A model generated the notes under the pieces. The model did not search any database. It saw only the letters and a list, made by a program, of their open reading frames with translations, and was not told where the DNA came from. DNA of 29,372 nucleotides from Candidatus Bathyarchaeota archaeon (GTDB lineage: Archaea > Thermoproteota > Bathyarchaeia > Bathyarchaeales > Bathycorpusculaceae): assembly GCA_963770935.1 (NCBI GenBank), contig CAVYRJ010000006.1, forward strand, positions 1 through 29,372. Direction: 5' to 3'. The position numbers and the translations under genes were made by a program. The stretch's first letter is position 1. Every line of letters begins with the position of its first letter. Of this stretch, positions 18,859 to 27,893 are shown in pieces.

Positions 18859-19178
18859 TATGCTTCAACCTCGCTTTCATCTTTGTCATGAATCGCCTGC
18901 ATTATTTTGCTGATGTCGCTGGTCCCATATTTTTTGGATATGATAACAAGCAACGCTAAAATCACACCACTTACAGCCGTGTCCGTTGAGAACGCCAGGA
19001 TTAGGAATGCTTGACCTAAGCCTACACCCATAGCGGAAGCCAGCATAACAAAATTTAGTGTGGCTGCAGTAGCAATTAACTCCACGGAAATGAAGACTTT
19101 TAGGAGTTGACGGTTGGTAAGCAAACCGTAGATTCCGATTGCCAGCATTACGAAGGATAATATGACAAAGTCCATCAT
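18858..19178 (-). CDS. NuoK/MrpC-like subunit
   Basis: IGIYGLL..R.LLKVFISVELI; three TM helices; TAATG coupling to the nuoL-like gene. Confidence 0.9.
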   Translation of the reverse strand: MMDFVILSFVMLAIGIYGLLTNRQLLKVFISVELIATAATLNFVMLASAMGVGLGQAFLILAFSTDTAVSGVILALLVIISKKYGTSDISKIMQAIHDKDESEVEA

Positions 19179-19639
19179 TGACCACCCTTTTTCTTCTTTT
19201 CATACAAGACAATAACGATTCCCATTGCCACCGTCAAAATAACAAAAGCCTGCAAAACAACATCCAAGCCTCTTACATTCCACAGGGCGTCGCCGAAATC
19301 AAGGTTAGAATTGGTGCCTATTGAACCGGAAACAGAGAGAAAAATTGCGGGTAAAGATAAAACTGCTCCAGCACCAAGCAAAGCACCTATGCGTTTAGGG
19401 GAGGTTTTCTTTGTTGGTTTATCACCCAACATTTCGCCTGACAAGAACAGGATTGCTAAGGTTCCGACTCCTACAGCAAATTGGAAGATAGCTGCAAAAT
19501 ATGCACCATTTTGGATATAGATTAAGGCTGTGAAAAAGAAAGTTCCTGCCAAAGCTGCAACCGAATAGATGACATCATCGAGGAACAGGGCCAATACGGC
19601 GGAAATTATTAGACCTACTGCGAGAATTTCAAAAATCAT
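19175..19639 (-). CDS. NuoJ-like subunit
   Basis: About 5 TM helices, A.FAAIFQ..VGVG..AILFL pattern, LW..RGLDVVLQ; position in operon. Confidence 0.85.
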   Translation of the reverse strand: MIFEILAVGLIISAVLALFLDDVIYSVAALAGTFFFTALIYIQNGAYFAAIFQFAVGVGTLAILFLSGEMLGDKPTKKTSPKRIGALLGAGAVLSLPAIFLSVSGSIGTNSNLDFGDALWNVRGLDVVLQAFVILTVAMGIVIVLYEKKKKGGQ

Positions 19640-20079
19640 TACGATTTTGTCTCCTTAGCATGGTTTGGCTTCTGAATTAACGCGCATTTGTCAGTTGTGG
19701 CTAACTCATAGAAGATTGAGCTCTTAATTGCACCTCTGGGGCAGCTTTCAACGCATTGGTGGCAAAAGATGCATTTGTCAAACCTTATTTGAGGACGTTT
19801 TTTGCCTTCAACTTCAACTATTTCAATTGCGGCTGCTGGGCAATCCCGCACACATACTCTACAGTTGGAGCCAACAATTGAACTTACATCTAAAGTAGGT
19901 CCACCTTTTCCTGATCCTATGTCGATTACGTTACAGGATGTAATTTCATAAACAGTTTTGCAGCGGGCATCCTCAGGAATTTGAGGTTTCACAAACGGAT
20001 ATTTTGTGGTTGCAGGCTTAGTAAATATGTGGGATATAGCCCGTTTGAATATTGGGGATATGCGTGATTTTTTCGACAC
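19639..20079 (-). CDS. NuoI/EchF-like 2[4Fe-4S] subunit
   Basis: KPATTKYP; C-x23-CRVCVRDCP and CIFCHQCVESCP; GTG start. Confidence 0.9.
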   Translation of the reverse strand: MSKKSRISPIFKRAISHIFTKPATTKYPFVKPQIPEDARCKTVYEITSCNVIDIGSGKGGPTLDVSSIVGSNCRVCVRDCPAAAIEIVEVEGKKRPQIRFDKCIFCHQCVESCPRGAIKSSIFYELATTDKCALIQKPNHAKETKS

Positions 20080-20082
20080 CTG

Positions 20083-21081
20083 TTACACCACCAATGGATA
20101 AATCCATGCTACTAATACCACAGTAAGAATCAACGATAGCAACGCTGCAGGTAGAAGGATTCTCCAGTTACCAGATAAAACTTGGTCTATGCGGAAACGG
20201 GCAACTACAGTTGTGATGTACTCAGATATCAGTACGACTGCAAGCACTTTGAGCACAAACCACAGGGTGTACCATATCCACGATGGACCAAAGAAAACAG
20301 GTCCGTATGGTCCGCCAAGGAACAACTCCACCACCAACGCTGAACCGAAAACCACTTGAACGTCACGTGTCAAATGTAGGAAGGCAAGTTTGGCACCTGT
20401 GTACTCGGTTTCTAATCCGCCGACAAGCTCGCTTTCCGAGTGAGGAACATCGAAGGGGTCTTTTTCAAGTTCTGCCTGCATAGTTATAACAAACAGGACA
20501 AAAGCCCACGGAGCCAAGACGATGAATGGAAGGAAGGTGCCTGCCTGAAGTGAAGCTATATTTGCGATTTGTAAGCTGCCAGCGATAAATGCTGGAGTTA
20601 ACGCGATTAGAAAGAGCGGGATGTCGTAACCTAAGAACTGGGTTAAGACTCTGGCTGAGCCAATTGTGCCATATGGGTTGCATGATGCCCAACCAGCGAG
20701 GAACAACAGAAAGTTGGCGACAGTTGCAAACGCTAAAATTACGATTAAGTCGCCGCTGAAACCAGAGGTTGAAAAAACGCTTGTGCCGTCAATAGGGAGA
20801 AAACAAAAAGCAAAAATCATAATTGCGAAAGCTACCAGAGGGGCAAACTTGAAAATTGTTTTTTTAGCATCTCTGGGTGTAATATCTTCTTTTGTTAACA
20901 GTTTAATGAAGTCAGCTAAAGGCTGAAGGATCCCTGCTGGACCTGCAACCATAGGACCTACACGATTTTGTATGCGAGCTTCGATTTTTCGTTCAACCCA
21001 ATCGCAAAACAATGTTAAGAATATTATGAATGTGAACCCTGGAAAAATGAGAATGCGGAAGATTAGGGTGAAATCAATCAT
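20083..21081 (-). CDS. NuoH/EchB-like membrane subunit
   Basis: ERKIEARIQNRVGP, GILQPLADFIKLLTKE, PFDVPHSESELVGG..TEY, RFRIDQ. Confidence 0.95.
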   Translation of the reverse strand: MIDFTLIFRILIFPGFTFIIFLTLFCDWVERKIEARIQNRVGPMVAGPAGILQPLADFIKLLTKEDITPRDAKKTIFKFAPLVAFAIMIFAFCFLPIDGTSVFSTSGFSGDLIVILAFATVANFLLFLAGWASCNPYGTIGSARVLTQFLGYDIPLFLIALTPAFIAGSLQIANIASLQAGTFLPFIVLAPWAFVLFVITMQAELEKDPFDVPHSESELVGGLETEYTGAKLAFLHLTRDVQVVFGSALVVELFLGGPYGPVFFGPSWIWYTLWFVLKVLAVVLISEYITTVVARFRIDQVLSGNWRILLPAALLSLILTVVLVAWIYPLVV

Positions 21082-21088
21082 TTCTGAG

Positions 21089-22666
21089 TCACCGGTCTGT
21101 ACACGAGAAGCAGGGATCTAGGCTAACAAAGTTTGCTGGAACATCGGCTATACTTTCACCTATGGCTGTTTTGAGGAATGATGGAATGTTAGCGAATGTT
21201 GGCGTGCGAACTTTTACGCGGTCAGGCATATCTGTTCCGTTGCTTCTTACGTAGTAGAAGAGTTCGCCTCTTGGAGCTTCAACGCGATTTACAGCTTCGC
21301 CTACAGGTATGGACCTGGCTACATCGATTCGGAACGGCCCTGCTGGCATGTGGTCAACTGCATATTCAATTATATTGATGCTTTCTTCAACTTCATCCAT
21401 ACGAACATTCATTCTCGCCCATGTATCGCCTTCCGTGTAGACTATTTCTTTGAACGGTATCTCGCCGTAGGCTTCATATGGCTCATCTTTGCGCACGTCA
21501 ATGTCAACGCCTGAACCCCTTGCCACTGGACCAACTACTGAAAGCTTAAGAGCGTCTTCCCTTTTGAGCACACCCACATTTTTCATGCGTAGCTTCAGCG
21601 TAGGTTCGTTTTCGTAAATTTGTCTATAGAACGGCAGTTTTCCACGGAGATCTTTTAGAACCGATTTGACTTTCGGGATATCAGCTTCTTTTATGTCCCG
21701 CCTTACACCACCTACAGTTATAAGTGATGAGTAAACACGGTTACCGCTAGTTAACTCAATTAAATCCATAATAGGTTCGCGATCTCTCCAGAAATACTGA
21801 AACAGGGTTTCATAACCAATCTCTAAACCCGCATGACCCAATGTCAAAAGGTGACTGTGCAGTCTGTTGAGTTCCAAAGCTATTACACGAAGATACTTGG
21901 CTCTCGGCGGAATCTCGATTTTTCCGATTTTTTCAACGGCTTCAACAAAGCCACAAGCGTGGATACTGTTGCAGATGCCGCAGATTCGTTCTACCAAGTA
22001 AACATCTTGGAGGTAAGTGCGTGATTCAGTTGCTTTTTCTATTCCTCGGTGAACGTAGCCTATTCGAGGCTCAACTTTAGTTACTGTTTCGCCCTCAACT
22101 GTAACCGCGAATTTTTCGGGTTCCAAAAGAGCTGGATGCTGTGGACCGATGATTATTTTTACGAGCTTTTCATTTTCTGGCAGCTTAATTTCTTCAGAAG
22201 ATGGTGTTGGGACTAGTTTTACCTGGTTTGCTTTGACATCTTTCCTCAGTGGGTAAACTCCCATAGGCCAATTTTCTGAAAGAACAAAGTGCCCCGGGGT
22301 TGGGTTTCCCTCAAATATGACGCCTAAAAGGTCTGCAACTTCCAATTCATGGAAAAGAGCGCCTGGATGAAGGTCAACAATTGTTTGGATTTTCGGGTTT
22401 TCTTTGGGGACTTCTACTTTTATTGTAACAAAAGCGTTTGATGTATGCACGTGGTAGTAGACGCCTATATTTTCTCCTAGATCTAAACCTGTTATGGCTG
22501 TTATGCCAGCTTTTTCGTCTGCGTCAATCATGGTTTTGAGAACATCACGGTGCAATCCGTTTTCAGCGATTATGGTTCCAGTGCTTAGGTGTCCTGGTTG
22601 GATTTGGATTTTGCTGCCAAGCTTGGATGCGACTATGCTAAGGATATCTATCTTACTATTTGACAA
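21089..22666 (-). CDS. Group 4 [NiFe]-hydrogenase large subunit fused to an N-terminal NuoC-like domain
   Basis: NuoC part: ELEVADLLGVIFEG.P...YPLRKD. Large subunit: GPQHP, GYVHRGIEK, L1 ERICGIC, VEAPRGE, RTPT, L2 DPCFSCTDR-stop. TTG start overlaps the small-subunit end. Confidence 0.95.
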   Translation of the reverse strand: MSNSKIDILSIVASKLGSKIQIQPGHLSTGTIIAENGLHRDVLKTMIDADEKAGITAITGLDLGENIGVYYHVHTSNAFVTIKVEVPKENPKIQTIVDLHPGALFHELEVADLLGVIFEGNPTPGHFVLSENWPMGVYPLRKDVKANQVKLVPTPSSEEIKLPENEKLVKIIIGPQHPALLEPEKFAVTVEGETVTKVEPRIGYVHRGIEKATESRTYLQDVYLVERICGICNSIHACGFVEAVEKIGKIEIPPRAKYLRVIALELNRLHSHLLTLGHAGLEIGYETLFQYFWRDREPIMDLIELTSGNRVYSSLITVGGVRRDIKEADIPKVKSVLKDLRGKLPFYRQIYENEPTLKLRMKNVGVLKREDALKLSVVGPVARGSGVDIDVRKDEPYEAYGEIPFKEIVYTEGDTWARMNVRMDEVEESINIIEYAVDHMPAGPFRIDVARSIPVGEAVNRVEAPRGELFYYVRSNGTDMPDRVKVRTPTFANIPSFLKTAIGESIADVPANFVSLDPCFSCTDR

Positions 22667-23186
22667 GTGTTTTCATCTCCTCGATTGGTTTGGCAACCTT
22701 AGTTTTTTCCGTTTCTTTGGGCAATTCAGGCTTATTTGTTTGTTTAGGTTGCTTTTTAGGTTTAGGCGGATTTAAAGCATTTAGGAGCTTCACAACTCCA
22801 TCTAAGATTGCTTCTGGACGCGGTGGGCACCCAGGAATGTAAGCAGTAACTGGAATTACTTTGTCTACTCCACCGAGCACGTTGTAGTTTCCTTCAAAAA
22901 TTCCGCCGCTGCATGCGCATGCACCGATAGCTACGACAAATTTGGGTTGAGGCATCTGGTCATAAATAGCTTTTAACCGTTCTGCACATTGCTGGGTGAC
23001 ACAACCAGTTACCAATAGGACATCGGCGTGTCTAGGTGATGGTTCGAGTTTTACTCCAAACCTTTCAACGTCATATTTTGGTGTGAGTAACGCGACTATT
23101 TCTATGTCGCAACCGTTGCATGCTCCTGAGTTGAAGTGTAGAACCCAAGGAGACTTTACTCGTGCCCATGTTTTTGTGTCAGTCGT
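22656..23186 (-). CDS. Hydrogenase small subunit (NuoB/EchC-like); apparent start codon ACG
   Basis: The frame of ORF 22656-23015 stays open upstream as TDTKTWARVKSPWVLHFNSGACNGCDIE...YDVERFG...SPRHADVLLVTG; then VAIGAC and IPGCPPRPE. Confidence 0.92.
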   Translation of the reverse strand, partial: TTDTKTWARVKSPWVLHFNSGACNGCDIEIVALLTPKYDVERFGVKLEPSPRHADVLLVTGCVTQQCAERLKAIYDQMPQPKFVVAIGACACSGGIFEGNYNVLGGVDKVIPVTAYIPGCPPRPEAILDGVVKLLNALNPPKPKKQPKQTNKPELPKETEKTKVAKPIEEMKTLVK

Positions 23187-23518
23187 TAATCTTTTCCTCC
23201 TTCGACAAGAACCAAACCGGCGGCAAGAATTATGCCAAGGTACAGGATTAGCAGAAGAGGATTTGTTGTTCCGGCTATTGAGAAAGAGGCAAAAGCAAGA
23301 ACTAATACAGATGAGTCAAAGATTATGAAGTAAATTAAGTACTTGTATAATGATACATTGATTTTTAACCCGGAAAAAGTTACCTTTTCTCCACAAGCGT
23401 ATGCTGCTTGCGCGTTCTCGCTTACGGAGGTTTTAGGCGCTGATCGTCTGCCTAAAGTGTATATTACCATTGTTGAAATGAAAATCAATATGAATGCAAT
23501 GAGGGCTTCCTCAATCAT
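23186..23518 (-). CDS. NuoA-like subunit
   Basis: TM, loop AYACGE, then YLIYFIIFD, then TM; first nuo-like gene of the operon. Confidence 0.9.
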   Translation of the reverse strand: MIEEALIAFILIFISTMVIYTLGRRSAPKTSVSENAQAAYACGEKVTFSGLKINVSLYKYLIYFIIFDSSVLVLAFASFSIAGTTNPLLLILYLGIILAAGLVLVEGGKD

Positions 23519-23753
23519 ACTTCTTCTCTCCGTTATTGCCTCTAATCATTAATGTTGACATGGGTGTCAAGGCAAGTTTGCATTTGTTATATCCAAAAGG
23601 CTCTGTGTGAACGTATTTAAGTTTATCTGCATAATAACTGTTCAAACAGGCAACATTTTGGGAAATTGACAGATGGTCGTCTTCTGCGTGATAGGCTTCT
23701 TCTCTAACGAGTTCGCCTAGTATACCCTCTCCATCGACTCTGTTTTCTCCCAT
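23511..23753 (-). CDS. Hypothetical 80-aa soluble protein coupled to the nuoA-like gene
   Basis: ATG start; stop overlaps the nuoA-like start by 8 nt (ATGATTGA); TATA-like ATTTAAAT at 23793-23800. Confidence 0.55.
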   Translation of the reverse strand: MGENRVDGEGILGELVREEAYHAEDDHLSISQNVACLNSYYADKLKYVHTEPFGYNKCKLALTPMSTLMIRGNNGEKKYD

Positions 23754-23867
23754 ACTACCCCGAGCTAGTTCACATAGAACTGCTGCACTTGCATTTAAAT
23801 TTTAAGCACAAAAAAATACAAAAACTTCATGCTTTTTCAAACGGTAAAGGGCAACCAGAAAGATACA

Positions 23868-24332
23868 TTATTCTGTTTCTGCCGTCCCATGCCATCTGCG
23901 TTCTAAGTAAAGAATCAAGCTAAAGAGACCTCGGCTAATAATTACTAAAATTAGTAGCGAAAATTCTGCATACGTTCTTGTAACGACTGTCTTTAGGATT
24001 TCGGCGCCGATGAAAAATTCTAAGCTCAAAGTTAAGTACCCGGATAAGAAGCGTGAAACGCATGACGGTTTATATGGATCTTTTAATTTGCATTGTAGAA
24101 AACGAATAGTTACAAGCGCCGCACCAAAAATAAGCATGCCAGCACCAATCAGGTAAAGTACATTAGTCGCAACAGTCAGCAACGTGTCAACAAGGCCTTC
24201 TAAAAAAGTAGTATACTGACCACTAACAGAGGAAAAAACAGCGCCTAAAATAGCAAAAAAACCTATTACAATTATCAAGATAAGCGTTAATGGATTCAAA
24301 CCTTTTTTATCTGGCACAGCACATTCTGCCAT
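23868..24332 (-). CDS. DUF1622 family membrane protein
   Basis: LTLSLEFFIGAEILKTVV..T...L..LVII.R..FSL.L..E pattern typical of DUF1622. Confidence 0.8.
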   Translation of the reverse strand: MAECAVPDKKGLNPLTLILIIVIGFFAILGAVFSSVSGQYTTFLEGLVDTLLTVATNVLYLIGAGMLIFGAALVTIRFLQCKLKDPYKPSCVSRFLSGYLTLSLEFFIGAEILKTVVTRTYAEFSLLILVIISRGLFSLILYLERRWHGTAETE

Positions 24333-24446
24333 GGGTGACGCGACCTAAACTAATTGATAAAATAAGGTATTGCTAACTTAATAAACGTGATTAAGCGGTT
24401 GCTGAGAACGTAATTCTTTAAAGAAGGAGAATAGCTGGAATTTTTA

Positions 24447-25547
24447 TTAAACTTTAATTTCCTCTGTTAAACCAGCCTCTGGATACGGGAACAGATGAGC
24501 TTTATCCAGCGGATAAGTAATCGTGACTTCTTCACCAATCTTACCCCATTCCTCAGTAAGCGACGGCCTGTTGATAACGAACCTGTCACCGTTATCAAGC
24601 CTAATTTCATAACGAACAACGATCCCTTCAAAAGTAGTTTTTTCAACTTGCCCATACAAACTATTTTCAGCAACAATGTGCCCTCTTTTCATTTCGCAAG
24701 TTTCAGGTCTTATGGCTAAAACTACTCGCTCCCTCTGCTTGATATTCAATTTGTTTATGGCTTTAACTTTTAATCCCTGACGTAACTCAATCTCCGATTC
24801 ACCGTTTGCTTTAGTAATGTAGCCTTCCAAAAAGTTGGACTCTCCAATGAAGTGAGCAACAAACAGGCTGTTAGGGTGCATATATAGTTCCTGTGATGTC
24901 CCCACTTGCACTATTTTGCCTGTCTTCATGACTGCAATCCGGTCGGAAATGGACATTGCTTCGGCTTGGTCGTGGGTAACGTGGATTGCTGTAAGTTTAA
25001 GGTCTTTTGCCATTCGGCGAATTTCGTAACGGATTTCGTTGCGTACTTTAGCGTCAAGCTGCCCCAATGGTTCATCCAAAAGCAGGGTTTTAGCGCCTGC
25101 AGCCAACGCTCGTGCAACAGCTATCCTCTGCATCATACCTCCGCTAAGCTCGCTTGGATAAGCGCTTAAGCGTTCGTTGAGTTTCACAAGCTCAAGCACT
25201 TCATGCCCAATTGTCTCAGCCTGTTTTGCATCGAAGTTCTTGACTTTAGGACCATAGAGAACATTATCCCAAGCAGTCATATGCGGGAACAAGGCGAAAG
25301 TCTGGAAGACAAAGCCGATGTCTCGGTCTTCAGGCGGAATATTGTCGACACGTCTATCTCCAATGTAGATTTCTCCGCTGTCAGGTTCGATGAGTCCAGC
25401 GATGAGCCTTAGCAAGGTGGTTTTGCCACAGCCGCTTGGTCCCAAAAGTGAAAAGTACTCTTGATCGTGTATTGTAAGACTAACATGATCTAAAGCGTAC
25501 ACTTTACCATACTTCTTTGTTAAATCTACGACTCGGATATCAGGCAT
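24447..25547 (-). CDS. ABC transporter ATP-binding subunit (PotA/CysA/WtpC-like, C-terminal TOBE region)
   Basis: Walker A GPSGCGKT, VFQTFALFPHM, LSGGMMQR, LLLDEP, HVTHDQ. Confidence 0.95.
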   Translation of the reverse strand: MPDIRVVDLTKKYGKVYALDHVSLTIHDQEYFSLLGPSGCGKTTLLRLIAGLIEPDSGEIYIGDRRVDNIPPEDRDIGFVFQTFALFPHMTAWDNVLYGPKVKNFDAKQAETIGHEVLELVKLNERLSAYPSELSGGMMQRIAVARALAAGAKTLLLDEPLGQLDAKVRNEIRYEIRRMAKDLKLTAIHVTHDQAEAMSISDRIAVMKTGKIVQVGTSQELYMHPNSLFVAHFIGESNFLEGYITKANGESEIELRQGLKVKAINKLNIKQRERVVLAIRPETCEMKRGHIVAENSLYGQVEKTTFEGIVVRYEIRLDNGDRFVINRPSLTEEWGKIGEEVTITYPLDKAHLFPYPEAGLTEEIKV

Positions 25548-25594
25548 GTTTTAGTTCTCTCCTTTTTTGGGTATTTGGGGTTTTGGTTATCATG

Positions 25595-27287
25595 TTAAAC
25601 TTTCCCTTTTCGAGTTAAAAGCCTTAAGACCAGAAGTATGATGAAGCTAAACAGGATCAGCAAACCACAAGCTAAGCCCACTGTTAATTCGTTGACTCCA
25701 ACGATTGGCTGAATAGAGCCTCTAACTGAGTTAACCCAGTTAACTATTAAGACAGGTGCCGTCTGTAATTTTGAAGCAACAGCGAGCGATGCGCCTGTTT
25801 CACTGACGCTTCTGGTGAAAACGATGATTGCCCCTGAAAGGATGGAATATTTTGTTATCGGCCAGACTATTGTTCGGAAGAGGGCAAACGGTTTAGCTCC
25901 CAAGGTTTTAGCTGCTTCTTCCATGTCGATAGATATTCGCTCCATCGCCGCCGACATCGACCGCACAAAGTAGGGGTAGGTAATTGCCAGGTGAGCAAAG
26001 ACTAATAGTAGAAATTCTGGGATGCCCGGGACGCCCGTCCAGAAGAATTTTAATGAAACACCAAGGGCAATCGAGGGTACAATTATTGGAACATTTATAA
26101 GTGTGTCAAGTACGGCCGAGGGCAATTTACCAAAGGTTTTGCGAGCAATAAGGATAGCCATCGGCAAGCCTAAAGCAATTCCTAAGACTGTAACTATTGC
26201 TGCTAAACTGTACGATAATGTTAGACTTTGCCAGTAACTTGCCCAAATACCTGCGACCAGAAAACGCATCCGTTAAGGTGGTGCCTGTTACGATCGCTTG
26301 GAAAGCAGGCAAAGCCACAAACAATGAAGGAATAAGTACAATTATCAAGAACACCCCTAAAGCTACACCGTTACGTGTCCAAGCTGCTTTCTTGTAGCTC
26401 AGTTTCTTCTCAAAATGCGGCAAACCGTGACCAAAAGGAAGCTTCATCCTTTGGCCGACAACTCGGATCAAAACAAAAATGGTTAATGACACAACAATCA
26501 AGATGATGCTTGCGAAAACTGTTGCGCCTTCGTATGTTCCTTCTGATATCGAACCGTTTCTAAATTGGTTGCTTATTGTTTGAATAAATACGGGTCCATT
26601 AAGAAAAAGTCCTGCTGCCACGATGAAGGTGGCGCCTGTTTCAGAAAGCGATCTTGCGAATGCAAGTGTGTACGCTGCGATTATGGAGGGCTTGATTATT
26701 GGGAAAGTCACGGTTCTTGAAGCTGAAAGAGGGGGAGCTCCAAGTGTTCGGGACGCCCGTTCATATTCCATTTTATAGTCAAGCAAAGCGCCTACAATTA
26801 CGCGGACTACCACTGGAAATGAAAAAGTAAAATGCAATAGCATAACGAGAAGCCAACCCGGCGAAATAAAGGGATTACCAAAAATTCTGGATATTCCGCC
26901 GCTTGAACTCCAAAATAGCAAAAGAGAGTAACCCAAAGCCGCGGTTGGGACAACGAAGGGTAATCAGCTAACGTGTCTAAAACCGTTAGCCATCTCGATT
27001 TGCCACGGGTAATCAACCACGCCAAAGGTATACCAGCAAGAAGGTCTAAGGCCGCTACAATCAACGCAACTATTATAAATGAGTTAGCAATTGCTCCAAT
27101 GCTGAATTGACCAAAATAGGCTGGTTAAGGAAGCTTTGCATTGCAGTGAAGCTTTAATGAGTATGCCGATGATGGGCGGAACAAGGATTATGGCGAAGAA
27201 AATAATGATTGCGGAAAGATAGAGGGTGTACTTTAAGGGTTTTTTAGAAGATAGGGCATTTAGTGTGTTCCAGAGTTTGCTAAGCAC
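25595..27287 (-). CDS. ABC transporter permease with two fused TM domains (ModB/CysTW-like), several frameshifts
   Basis: GTG 27287 after AAGGAG. Fragments rejoin as DLPFVVPTAALG...ERASRTLGA...FARSLSETGAT and VPIIVPSIALG...EEAAKTLGA...FTRSVSETGAS. Indels near 27150, 27095, 26960 and 26260. Confidence 0.85.
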
Positions 27288-27518
27288 GGCGCCACTCCTT
27301 TCCGTTGAGAGTACGTTTTGCTTCGATGTGAAAATAATTCGTTCAAGTATATTAGCTGTTACTTCGAACAATTATTTTTTGTCGTACTTACTACTGAAAA
27401 TATAGTGTTAAGTTAAGCAACGGAATAAGGGCGCTTAGGAATATAGCAACAACAGAATTCTTTTATCAATCCATAGACATAGATTTAATGTGAATTTTTT
27501 GGAAGAAGCCACAGAATA

Positions 27519-27638
27519 ATGAAGAAAAATTATGAAATAGAAATGTAGATTGATGGAAACGATCTACCTTTGAACAATTTTGTTCGGGAAACTATCTGTA
27601 ATATAATGAGGGGGTTCTCCAAAACCCTCAAAGCTTAA
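27519..27638 (+). pseudogene. Mini-ORF resembling the C-terminal domain of archaeal MobB, with an in-frame TAG at codon 10
   Basis: Translates MKKNYEIEM*IDGNDLPLNNFVRETICNIMRGFSKTLKA, matching the remembered pattern L.V(N/D)G..IPLN.FV..II...I.G....LK; not in the ORF track. Confidence 0.55.
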
Positions 27639-27893
27639 GAGTAAGGATTTTCTTCAAGGTCATCCACAAATTAGTAGCGATTTAAGATTGTCGAAGCGTT
27701 GCACAGTTACGAGCGGTTTCAGTTTTCCTTAGTTCAAGCTCCAACTTTGGATTTAGACAAATATTTCAAAAAGTGTTTTTCTCTGGATACTGTTAATTTA
27801 GTATTAGAACCCGCTTTTTCCAATTTACTTTATTTACCCGTATAATTTGGAAAACCTTATTTTCTCAAGCAACAAAACCCTTATTGGTAAAAC

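Noticed and set aside
13800-23518. Annotation as NADH:quinone oxidoreductase, Fpo or Mbx
   Set aside because: All four Ni-ligating Cys are present, the small subunit has CxxC, and nuoEFG/fpoF are absent
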